From NCBI RefSeq assembly GCF_963506605.1, contig NC_083279.1:88164001-88228000 (forward strand): DNA of 64,000 nucleotides, written 5' to 3'. The translations under genes and the position numbers were made by a program. Below, in pieces: positions 25,420-36,391 of this stretch. This DNA comes from Zootoca vivipara (lineage: Eukaryota). The notes under the pieces were generated by a model, which was given only the letters and a program-made list of their open reading frames with translations, was not told the origin of the DNA and made no database searches. Positions within the stretch are counted from its first letter, which is position 1; each line of letters starts with the position of its first letter.

Positions 25420-26311
25420 CTTTAAGAAAAGAAAAAAGATAGGAATAGATTAGTGGAAGACAAATATTCCACATGCTGCCATTACTCAACTGTGCTTATA
25501 CATTACTGTTTTTTAATAAATAAATAAATAAATAAATAAATAAATCCGTTCCTAACATTCTGCCCCACTCTCCAAATAGCCTATCACATTCTAGAGAAAC
25601 CTGAACAACCCATGTTGCAGAATAGCTGGTTGACCACAAACATAAATCAACTTTCAATGAGCAAATATGACAGGTTTACATCTTGGTGGGTCACAACCTG
25701 TTCAACCTGGCTTTAGCATGAGTGAGATATTCAGCTCTGACCATAGATACCAATAAATAAGCTGTAATAAGGGGGGGGGGAGTCTGAGAGATATATGGGA
25801 ACCTCCTCCAGCCAATGAGACCACCATAAGCATGGGTCAAGTTCTACCTTCAACTGGAAATGCATCCTTTATTCTTGCATGCCCAAAGGACTGTCATTCA
25901 CTCACATGGGGAAAAGCAAAGAGCTGAACTCGCTGAAATGTTGTGGCGGTGCCAAAACCTGCCCAGTAACCCTGGCTCCTACTTGCCCTGGCCTCTATGA
26001 ACAAAGACCCACTGCTGGAAGTGCATTGCAGACATGTACTGAGAGTGCATAGGCACCGGAAAGCCCACTGTTGCTGGGATGTGGGTGGGCGTCACCAAAT
26101 GTTGGGGGCATCAGACACAACTTGGCGGGGATCACGAACCTGGATCTGACCCTGAGCCTGTACCTTCCCTCGCCACATAATTTGCCCCACATAATGATGG
26201 AACATTTTTCCCTACCAAAAATTTAAAAGTGACTTTGAAAGGCTGCCTTTCCAAACTTTTCCCTAGGATGAATTCTGCTGTTTAAGTAATCCCACTGTGT
26301 GTTGTTTTTTT

Positions 26312-26701
26312 CATAGAATCATAGAATCGTAGAGTTGGAAGAGACCACAAGGGCCATCCAGTCCAACCCCCTGCCAAGCAGGAAACACCACCAAAGCATT
26401 CCTGACAGATGGCTGTCAAGCCTCTGCTTAAAGACCTCCAAAGAAGGAGACTCCACCACACTCATTGGTAGCAAATTCCACTGCCGAACAGCTCTTACTG
26501 TCAGGAAGTTCTTCCTAATGTTTAGGTGGAATCTTCTTTCTTGTAGTTTGAATCCATTGCTCAGTGTCCGCTTCTCTGGAGCAGCAGAAAACAACCTTTC
26601 TCCCTCCTCTATATGACATCCTTTTATATATTTGAACATGGCTATCATATCACCCCTTAACCTTCTCTTCTCCAGGCTAAACATACCCAGCTCCCTAAGC
26701 C
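26312..26701 (-). mobile_element. CR1 LINE 3' fragment
   Basis: (ATAGAATC)n tail on the + strand, ORF2 C-terminal peptide. Confidence 0.93.
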
Positions 26702-27501
26702 TTTTTATGTTATTAATTTCAGGAAAATATTTTTTCTGACCTATAAATAACGACGGCCAATATTTCACCAATTCTTCTTATTCAATTTGCAAAGGATATG
26801 CTAGACAAAGAACAAATCACGGGTTAGGTTGTTTGGTAAAAAGCACCTTGTTCCCTACTGATTCCTGATGCTTCCCTGAAGCTCGGGCACTCAGTTATCT
26901 TGTTTCACGAAACAAGCTAATGGACTTCAGTTATGAAAACACCCATTGTTTGTTATACACCATGAATGCTCATCTATGACACTGGCAGTGGAGTGGCCAT
27001 AATTTTAGTGAGACTTTAAAAGATGAAAAATAGCAAGGTGTAGAAGAGAGAGGAAGATGCCTCTGAGAACAGTGGAAATTTCTATGAGCTGCACATAATT
27101 TTTTTATGGCATGATTTCAGACCAGAGTCGTCCTTTCAAACTGAGTATAATTCTATAACTCTGCTGCTGGTTTTTAAGTACTAGTGGCAATCGATTTATT
27201 GCAATGATGTTACAACACTCCCACAAAGCACCTTAGCTCCGACCCCAGAGTCTATATTCAACTGCAAAGCGCATTAATCAATAATACCTGATCAACTCTC
27301 CTGTGTGTTTCGTCAAGACATGCAGCTTTTTCAAACTGTTTACTTTTCATACATTACTCTTTTCTTTCATACATTACTCTTTTCTTCCACCTTGTATTGA
27401 TCCCTGGCAAGTCTGAGCAGCTAGGAAGCTCACAGGGTTCAGAGTTCCTTCGCTGGTGGTATCAGGAAAGCAGGTTGGACTGGCACTAAAAAGCATTCAG
27501 G

Positions 27502-28445
27502 GAATCATAGAGTGGAACAGACCCCAAAGGTCCTCGAGTTCAACACCTGACAGGGCAGGAAATCTACTGCTATAACATCTCTGACAGGTGATCATCCATC
27601 TACTGCTAAAAAGCGTCAAAAATGAAAGCAAGTCCACCCCCTTCTGGGACAGTCTGTTGCATTGTCTTACTCAGGGTGTCGTGGACTGGTTGGATGCAGA
27701 GGAATGGTGGGAGGAACCAGATGGGAAACCAACAAGAGAAGATGGCACAACCCAGAGAGTGGTGGTAGCACAATGAAGTGGGAGAAGATTGAGGAGAAGG
27801 TGTTGGAAACTGAAGAGGCAACAGGACTTAGTGAGCTGGGAGAGTCTGTGGCAAAGAGAAGTCCGGAATCAGAGGCAGAAGATGGAGCAGAGGATGGGGG
27901 TGAGGGAGGCCAAGACATAGAGCTGAGTCAGGCTAGTGAAGTGGGTGTCTCCCGTTCCGGCTGCAACAAGATCTTATCTCTGCTTTTAACCCAGAACCAG
28001 GAGAGGCATGAAAAGGTTGGAGGGGGCAGAGTTGCACGCAGATGCTTGGGAAAAGCCCTGGTGAGGAGGCGGGGACTTTCAGTCTCTGCAACTAATTTTC
28101 ATGGAGGAAGGCCACTGGGAATGAGCTGCTCTGTTCATTAGGCTGAGAATCAGTCACGTTTGTGGAGATTGTGTTTTTGCTGACAAAGAGTTAGCTCCAT
28201 CTTTGAACTGTGTGAATACTGACCAGCAGGGCAGCCAACATGGTATTCTCCAATTGCTGTTGGACTACAACCCCAATCTTCCCTAGTCATGCTGGCTGAA
28301 GCTAAAGGTGGATTGCAGCAACTTATGGAGGGCAACACATCGGTACCTCATGGTCTAGCTGCTCATGCCATTATCAAGTTCTTCCTTCCATTAAGCCAAA
28401 ATCCTCTTTCTTGCCATTTGAATCTTGTTTAAGGTCCTTCCCTCG
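27502..28445 (-). mobile_element. Old CR1 3' fragment split by a hAT MITE (27672-28352) that contains an LTR-like insert (27677-~28225)
   Basis: CR1-like sequence 27502-27665 resumes at ~28355; MITE has degenerate TSD GTCTTACT/GTCTAGCT; purine-rich insert starts TGTCG and is flanked by CAGGG repeats. Confidence 0.6.
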
Positions 28446-29011
28446 GGGAAAACCTGTATAACTCACATTAAATAGCTGACAGTGAGACAAATATTTGGCA
28501 GAAACTGAACTGAAACAGTAGGATGAAAACAGTGCTGACGGTAATGAATACAGATCGGAAGGGAAATCGCTGCCTTTCTACATCCCTAAGGTTCACAGGG
28601 GAGCATTGTTTTTAAAAAAACTGCATTTCTTTATTTTAGGGATTCATACCCAACCCTTCAATAAAATTCCCACGGCAGCCTAGTAAATTTCAGAACACTG
28701 AAAACGTACACAAATATGCAAAAAATAAAAATAGCAAAATCAATAGCAGTGGCAAAAACAATAAGCCCAGCCAAGAGAAAACAGCACAGCATGCCAGAGA
28801 CTTGCTCATTATTGGAATTATACAGAGAAACTGCTCCACCAGCTAAGCAGTGTATTTGGGGGGGGGGGATCCACTGTGTTCCCACCTCCTGAAAATCACA
28901 TCACTGAATTGAAAAGTAACAAGTGATTCAAGGATGTCACCCAAAACAACCTGCCTATGGCCCCTTCTCCTTTCTGCTATATAGGAAAGAGATCAGGGGG
29001 AGGTTGGCATT

Positions 29012-29211
29012 ATAGAATCATAGAATCATAGAATCATAGAGTTGGAAGAGACCACAAGGGCCATCCAGTCCAACCCCCTGCCAAGCAGGAAACACCATCA
29101 AAGCATTCCTGACAGATGGCTGTCAAGCCTCTGCTTAAAGACCTCCAAAGAAGGAGACTCCACCACACTCCTTGGCAGCAAATTCCACTGCCGAACAGCT
29201 CTTACTGTCAG
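29012..29211 (-). mobile_element. CR1 LINE 3' end
   Basis: (ATAGAATC)x3 tail; near-identical to the 26312 copy. Confidence 0.92.
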
Positions 29212-29407
29212 TTAGTTAACCTCCTCTGCAGCTGCCAAGAGACATAGACCAAGGAGCTAGAGATTCTAGAGATAATGCTTTGTTCCTACCATTATGGTGG
29301 ACCTTGGGCCATCTGCTACACAGAGGACATTCCCCCCCCCTTTACCATCTTGGAGGCAAATACAATGGATGTTCCTGGCCTCAGCCACAAACAGAAGCAC
29401 CAGGTCT

Positions 29408-29606
29408 ACAGGACCCAACTCCTAAGGTCCAAGGTCCCTCCCCCCCATAAAATATTTGAGGGGGCTGGGCCCCCAAAAGTTGATGGGCATTGCCATTCAA
29501 ATGATGTCCATGGTCCATCTGACCAGGGGTGCCAACTTGAATAAAATATTGGGGGCAGGGCTTACCTGCCCCCGCCTCCAATATTTTATTCAAGTTGGCA
29601 CCCCTG
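29408..29606. mobile_element. hAT-like MITE carrying a fold-back duplication
   Basis: Imperfect termini ..CAGGACCCAACTCC / GTTGGCACCCCTG, with sub-terminal ATAAAATATT motifs at both ends. Confidence 0.6.
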
Positions 29607-30699
29607 GTCAGATCACAGGCTTCCATTCATATAGCTTGTGGTTGGGATTGGGGATATCCAACATGGCACCCTTCAGACACTGGTAGACTGTAACTCCCAG
29701 CAACCCTGACCACTTGGCATGCTGGCTAGACTGGTGGGAAATGGGAGTCCAATAGCATCTGAGCAGAACCGGGTTCGCTACACCTAATTGAAACCTTGTT
29801 TTCAAGGTTTAGATGATAGAAACTGTTCCTTAACGAACCTCTGGCATTGACTGTTCGGCCGGGCAAACAGGATTCTCTGAGGGAACAAGAATAACATATG
29901 TTTTCTGAAGGCTCTTTCTTGTTGGGCATTTGTTTTATGGAGCCATGTCATGTTTAGAAGGCAGGAAATGTAATGTGATAACACGCAGCCCATTACAAAG
30001 GAGCAGAACGTGAACGGACAAAAATCACTTCGTAAACATTTCTGATTTAGGGCAGAAGAAAAAAACCCGCTCAGCTAAATATTATGGTTTCAAGTGGAAG
30101 ATTACTTGTGTGCGGTTTTAAAACATCCAAGCAGGAAACGACTTAGAACAGCGCAGGTTTCATTAAAAGGGGTGGGCGGGCATGAGCTCTCTTTTGTGCA
30201 ACAGTGTTAATTAAAAATGGAAGTCATGCTCCAAATATGCACAGCACCAGCCAAGGTGACTTTAGTTAGGCGAACAGCACCCTTTGACAACAGATACTAG
30301 TCTCTCGCAGTGCTAAGAAGGCTCTGAAGCCATTCACCTTGTAAATGCAAATTTTCCAAGTCCAAGACAAATACATCATTACCATACTGATGGAATTTAG
30401 AGCTATTTCCTTTCCTCGGTATATGGGCAGCGTGTAACTTCACCGATGGTTACAAGAAATGCAGGCAGGCAAAAAAGCATTGGGGGGGGGCAGTCATCAA
30501 TGACACTACATTAAAGGAGCCAATCTTCACATTCTGAAAAGGACCACCTACATTTCCTCAATTAGGATGCAATGACAGCCCACGGTTTGATATTAAGAGT
30601 ACAAGGAATGGAGAGCCTCAGATCTACGTGCTTCTTCGGCACCTTCCCTCTCTCAGCATGCAAGCGAAGATCAGAAGCTTCCCTTTTTACTTTGCAGCA

Positions 30700-30941
30700 C
30701 AGTCGACCCTTGGTTCTCGAACGTCTTGCGACTTGAACGTTTCGGCTCCCGAACGGCGCAAACCTGGAAGTGAGTGTTCCAGTTTGCGAATGTTCTTTGG
30801 AACCCAAACATCCGACACGGCTTCTGATTGAGTGCAGGAAGCTCCTGCAGCCAATCGGAAGCCGTGCCTTGGTTTCCGAACCTTTTCGGAAGTCGAACGG
30901 ACTTCCAGAAGGGATTCCATTCAAGATCCAAGGTATGACAG
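30700..30941. mobile_element. Tigger/pogo-like MITE
   Basis: Homologous to 521-770 (reverse orientation), degenerate TIRs. Confidence 0.8.
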
Positions 30942-31863
30942 TACACCCATCTGCCTATTCATCCCTATACAATGAACAATGGATTGCACAAACCATTGTT
31001 TCCCCCCCCCCCAGCCAAGTCGGGGGCCCCAAACACAGTATGTCTTGAGATAAACCAAGAGGAGAAATTTCTTATCTCCTTCTGCTACTCACGAAGGAGT
31101 ACAAGGACACATGTGAGTTTAAGATGTGCCACCGCTCGTTTCTGAAGGGACAAACCATAGTCTGCCGTTATGTCAACTGAACCAACTAGGCTACCTCAAA
31201 AGATGGCCTTCTACATGTAGAAGAAGTTTAGAAGAAGGGCTACACTACAGAAACTGTGAATACAGTGAAGCTAAATCCGAATGTGCTGCTTATTGGCATG
31301 TGAAGTGTTATTAAAACACTGTGTAAACATTTGCACAAGCTCTAATGCGAAGCATTTAGAGAAGACTACTAGCGGCTATTTTTTCTTCCTTCTCAAAGTC
31401 CTTTCATTTCCACACAAGCAACCATAGCTCCAAGCATGTTGCGTAAATCCCATAACTGCTCTTGGCGTTAGCAGGTGGATCACAACCTGTGCTCAGGTAT
31501 TCCAGAGGGAACTGTATTTATTTTTGAGGTTTTTTTTGTTTTATGTACCACGCATCTCCCAAGGAGTAGAAAGAGACATACACAGAGCTCCACTTCACCA
31601 TCCACGCTACAATAACGTTAGCCTGAGAAACAGTAACTTGTCCATAGACACTCAATCTAACTTTGGTTCAGCTGCAGCTCGAGAGTCCAAATATCAAATT
31701 TGTCTACCAAAAAAACCACACACACAGCTCTAGGTATCAAGCTCATACATGGGGAACCAGCCGCCCTTCAGATATGGTGAGATGATAACTCACATCATCC
31801 TGACCATTGGCCATACTGGCTGGGGTTGATGGGAGTCGGAGACCACCAGCAACAGGTTCGCTA

Positions 31864-32050
31864 NNNNNNNNNNNNNNNNNNNNNNNNNNNNNNNNNNNNN
31901 NNNNNNNNNNNNNNNNNNNNNNNNNNNNNNNNNNNNNNNNNNNNNNNNNNNNNNNNNNNNNNNNNNNNNNNNNNNNNNNNNNNNNNNNNNNNNNNNNNNN
32001 NNNNNNNNNNNNNNNNNNNNNNNNNNNNNNNNNNNNNNNNNNNNNNNNNN
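31864..32050. other. Assembly gap (187 N)
   Basis: Run of N. Confidence 1.
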
Positions 32051-32916
32051 GAAAGACATTTTTTCCAACTGTTGCTCATAAAAAAGATTCCTAATGCATT
32101 CATATCCTCAAGAGACGGGGGTTAATGTATTGAGTCTGTCTTCGACTAGATGAAACTTCAGATCGTTCCAGCTCTAAGGCTCTAGGATACTATTTCCTAA
32201 TCATGCTCGTTAACATTCAAAAAGTGGCCTTTTTAAGTTCAGAGACCAGGGTCTTTAAATCAATGATTTAAAACGTCAAAGTGAGCACGTGGGGTACTTT
32301 CACTCGACTGCCCGACAGAGCCTGGTGACAGAACGCAAGCAAGCTGTAGAATTTTAAGTCCTTGTCAAACGCTGAAGTCTAAATAACTCAATACAATGTG
32401 ATGTGCCCACAAAAGTGACAGTGACTCCATATGTCCTAAATCCACAGCGTATTCTTTTGCTCTTTTCTTTTCCAAAGGCTGAGCACATTCTGAGCATATT
32501 CCTATCCATCCTAACTACACTGCCAAATGCACGGCCCTCTGAGCTACGTATGTAACATGTAAATAAAGAGACACCAGCAACTTTTTGTTGCTATCTAGCC
32601 TTTTCAGAATATGCTGCATGGGCTCAAATGTGCATATTCCCTTAAAAAAAAAACTTTTGCATCACATCCACAATTGCTTTTCATTTCCACATGCCACAAA
32701 AATGTTTGCAAACTTCCTCCCTGGTTTGGGAGACTTTATCTGATTCAGCAAATATGTTTTGGAACAGAAAAGCACAGATATTTTCAGCGTTCAGGCATAA
32801 AAGTAAGTATCACAGGAAAATCTAGAAGCTGCCCTAGACTACCAGGAAACATGTTTAGATGATTTTAGCAAAAGACACCCCACAAAACACTGACCAGGAA
32901 ACAACCCTCTCAAAGA

Positions 32917-33056
32917 CACACTTCTTCGCATCTGAAGAAGTGTGCATGCACACAAAAGCTCATACCAAAATAAAAACTTAGTTGGTCTTTAAGGTGCTAC
33001 TGAAGGAATTTTTTTATTTTGCTTCGACTCAGACCAACACAGCTACCTACCTGTAA
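32917..33056 (+). mobile_element. Penelope-like element terminal (pLTR) fragment with mutated minimal hammerhead motif
   Basis: CTGAAGAAGTGTGCATGCACACAAAAGCTCATACC..AATAAAAACTTAGTTGGTCTTTAAGGTGCTAC; reverse-complement homologue at 42306-42432. Confidence 0.8.
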
Positions 33057-33293
33057 CACAAAATATAGTTAAGGAAAAGGCAGGGACAGAGCGACAGGGC
33101 ATGTAGGACTGAGGAAGAAGATTTGATTCAGTTCACATTTAAAGGCCAATCTACCCAACTTGCACTTTCTGAAACGATTTGTGAACTAAAAAAAAACCAC
33201 CGTCATCTTCCAAAATTCACACTTCTCCAAATTTTGCACTGCGGTTCTTCAGCCATGCGATGTGTGCAAAACTCCGTAAGGTAAACTTGAGAA

Positions 33294-33457
33294 NNNNNNN
33301 NNNNNNNNNNNNNNNNNNNNNNNNNNNNNNNNNNNNNNNNNNNNNNNNNNNNNNNNNNNNNNNNNNNNNNNNNNNNNNNNNNNNNNNNNNNNNNNNNNNN
33401 NNNNNNNNNNNNNNNNNNNNNNNNNNNNNNNNNNNNNNNNNNNNNNNNNNNNNNNNN
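33294..33457. other. Assembly gap (164 N)
   Basis: Run of N. Confidence 1.
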
Positions 33458-34125
33458 CTGATATTAATGCATTGATAAATCCCTAGCCAACCTTCAAAAA
33501 TTTTCTCACATTCTGCCCCAGAAGAGAATGTATTAAAAAAGAAACCTCATGGTTTTTCTGCACACATTCTTAACAACTGTGACATTGAAGACATGCATGC
33601 CCTTCAGAGGGGATTTTCTTTCCCCTCGCACCTTGGATTTTGAAAGCAACCCAGATGAGAGCTTTCCCCCTAATCACTGGGCTTTTGGTAGACTTTCCAC
33701 TTATTTAAAGCCTGCATATAGGCAAGGCTGGAAGCAAAGTCGGATTAGGAAAAGGAGGCTGTTCAGCTGGATTTCCTCCTGATCATCTTAAAGGAGATGA
33801 TTTGAAAAGGGGTGCCTTTCCACATGGCACGGTTAAGCAAATTCGAAGAGCAAATGGAGCCCCTCTATAGATACCCAAAATAGTTCAGAGCAGCATTTCA
33901 GATGTGGTCATATGCATGTTCCAAAAGAATGACACTTCTCAAAGTGTTTGGGCAAAATTCAGCAAAATTTTGAAGAACATAGGAAGCTTCCGTACACCAA
34001 GTCAGACCATTGGTTCTTCTAGGGCAATAATATCTACACTGACTGGCAGCAGCTCCCAAGTATCTCTCCCAGCCAAACCAGGAAGACTGAACCTGGGACC
34101 TTGGATATGCAAAGGATGTGTGCGA

Positions 34126-34739
34126 TAGGATTGGGCGATATATTGATATATCCGATCCAGAACCGGTTTGAAGTCAATTATTGTGATATTGGTTTCATAA
34201 TTTCTGAACTGGCAATAAGTCAGGGTGTGTGTGCTATGCAAAAATCACAATGTGGGGGGAAAACCATGAAGCCAGCCAATGCTTCTATATAGCTCCATCC
34301 CCTTTCAAACATCGTGATGTTTGATTACCAAAAATGAACAGTTGCATATTTCTGCATTGAAAGGGGATGTTATTGTTGTTGTTGTTTAGTCGTGTCCGAC
34401 TCTTTGTGACCCCATGGACCATAGCACACCAGGCACTCCTGTCTTGCACTGCCTCCCGCAGTTTGGTCAAACTCATGTTCGTAGCTTCGAGAACTGATTT
34501 CCTTCAGAATGGATAGGTTTGATCTTCTTGCAGTCCATGGGACTCTCAAGAGTCTCCTCCAGCACCAGAATTCAAAAGCATCAATTCTTCGGCGATCAGC
34601 CTTCTTTATGGTCCAGCTCTCTGTACTACTACCTAATCCTCAGGATCCCTTCCAATTCTATGATTCTATGATATGAGTATATTGCGATGTTTAGTTGATG
34701 ATACATCACAATGTTGAATACCAGATATAGCCAGCCCAA
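34126..34739. mobile_element. hAT-type MITE (TAGGGCTG family) containing a SINE fragment and BovB
   Basis: TAGGATTGGGCGATAT / ATATAGCCAGCCCAA; reverse-complement homologue of 9478-10040. Confidence 0.75.
34371..34621 (-). mobile_element. BovB 3' fragment with 158-bp internal deletion
   Basis: Collinear with 50646-51062 apart from the missing segment. Confidence 0.9.
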
Positions 34740-35311
34740 CTGCTCAACCACTGAACTTCAGCCCTTCCTGCATGCCTAGCAGCCCAGCACCCAATGCCAG
34801 CAAATTTGGGAGGCAACATCTTGGTGCATGCTCACCTGTAAATGTTGGCATCCTCATCACCGACACACAGCAATACCTCCTGCAAATTCAATGAACTTGA
34901 GTGTGGGGGTGTCTGATCCCCACCCTACCCTTTAGTTTCTGGTCATCACCATGAAATTCCCCCTTGAACGAGCAAAGAATGAGTGCATAGGAAAGGGCAA
35001 GAAGGTTGCGAACCTAGTGAGATTTCTCCCGAGTGAGCACCATGACAATGCAAGACCAAATGAATATCTGTGAATGTCTGGTTTAGCATAAAGATATTTA
35101 TTCTGCCCTTTCCACCACCCAGCTTGCCTGCTGTAGCAGATAAAACACCTTTTCCCTTTTTTCTTCTGACACTGGAGGGGAAGCTGCAAAATACACCAGT
35201 CTCCCCTTTGATTGTTGTGGCCTATATTACTTCCTTAAAAATGAATGCATTTTACGCACATCCCTGAATGTGCTACTTTACACAAAGCCTTAATTAGCTG
35301 TTATGAACGAG

Positions 35312-35647
35312 AACCACAGAGTCTAGAGCTTGCTGATCAGAAGGTCGCCAGTTCGAATCCCTGCAATGGGGTGAGCTCCCGTTGCTCGGCCCCAGCTCCT
35401 GCCCTTCTAGCAGTTCGAAAGCACATCAAAGTGCAAGTAGATAAATAGGGACCACTCCGGTGGGAAGGTAAACGGTGTTTCTGTGCACTGCTCTGGTTCG
35501 CCAGAAGCAGCTTTGTCATGCTGGCCACATGACCCGGAAGCTGTCTGCGGACAAACGCCGGCTCCCTCGGCCTATAGAGCGAGGTGAGCGCTGCAACCCC
35601 AGAGTCGGACACGAATGGACCTGATGATCAGGGGCCCCTTTACCTTT
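35312..35647 (+). mobile_element. Sauria SINE, slightly 5'-truncated
   Basis: B box GTTCGAATCCC, body as in other copies, CCTTTACCTTTA tail. Confidence 0.92.
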
Positions 35648-35784
35648 ATATACAAATGTCTCAGGAACAGTTTCTTCTCTAGAGCGATTTTGGCCTTAAA
35701 TGGAAAGCCTGGACTTTGAAGTCATCTTATTTTACTTGTTATTTTGTATTATATTTACTGTTTTTAATTAGGTTTTTGTAATTT

Positions 35785-35880
35785 TGGATTATGTGGAATG
35801 CTTTATCGGAGTGGATGTAGCAACCGAGTTATTTCGTTGTTCCCGCAAGGGGACAATGACAATAAAGATAGCTTATCTTA
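35785..35880 (+). mobile_element. Rex1/Babar-type LINE 3' end
   Basis: ATTTCGTTGTTCCCGCAAGGGGACAATGACAATAAAGA stem-loop plus polyA-like signal and (CTTAT)n tail, as recalled for Rex1 termini. Confidence 0.6.
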
Positions 35881-36391
35881 TCTTAAAGGGTCTATGTTTG
35901 GGACTTTCCACTTTTCTTGGAAACCGCTTGACCGATTATGTTCAAATTTGGACACAGCGTCCAGTATCAATACGCGAGTGCCAACATAACCTTAGATTCC
36001 ACACATGTCAAACCTTTCACAGGTAAAAACAGAATTTTCTCCAAAAAAAACAAACATAGCACCCTCCACTGGACAACAAGGGAACAGAAGCCATATCCTT
36101 TTGCAGCTAGAAAACCTTCGCACTCTATCGGCGGCTACACTGGTAATGCAGCTAGAAAATCATCCTCTCCACAGCACCTCGGCTCGCCTTTACAGACTAG
36201 GCCAAATGGAGGTAGGGACTCGCATGGGTGGGTGTTGGGGGGAGGAGGGGACGGAAGAGGTCATGGGTCAAGACAGGGTGGGGAAAATCACAGGGATGAG
36301 CCGGGGGGGGGGAGGAGATGGGATACGTCATGGATCAGGGTGGGGGGAAACACAGGGATGAGCCACAGCAACACGTGGCCGGGCCAGCTAG
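35881..36391 (+). mobile_element. Non-autonomous Helitron
   Basis: A|TC 5' junction; 3' hairpin GCCAC-N8-GTGGC followed by CGGGCCAGCTAG|T; no TIR or TSD; 5' AAACCGCTTGACCGATT..CAAATTTGG motif resembles Helitron subtermini. Confidence 0.75.

Larger units (their letters stand above)
33975..34768 (-). mobile_element. tRNA-derived SINE (Squam3-like, name tentative) split by nested insertions
   Basis: GAACATAGGAAGC..AGTCAGACCATTGG tail; tRNA-like head split at 34125/34740 (GAACCTGGGACCTT..TGCAAAG | TGCTCAACCACTGAACT). Confidence 0.65.

Noticed and set aside
27662-28141. Glu-rich 159-aa ORF
   Set aside because: Compositional artefact of a purine-rich LTR-like insert.
18399-29211. Nearest CR1 copies as circularisation-promoting inverted repeats
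   Set aside because: The copies at 18399, 26312 and 29012 all have the same orientation, so they cannot pair across the exon.
31790-33475. ORFs containing X runs
   Set aside because: Artefacts of translating assembly gaps.
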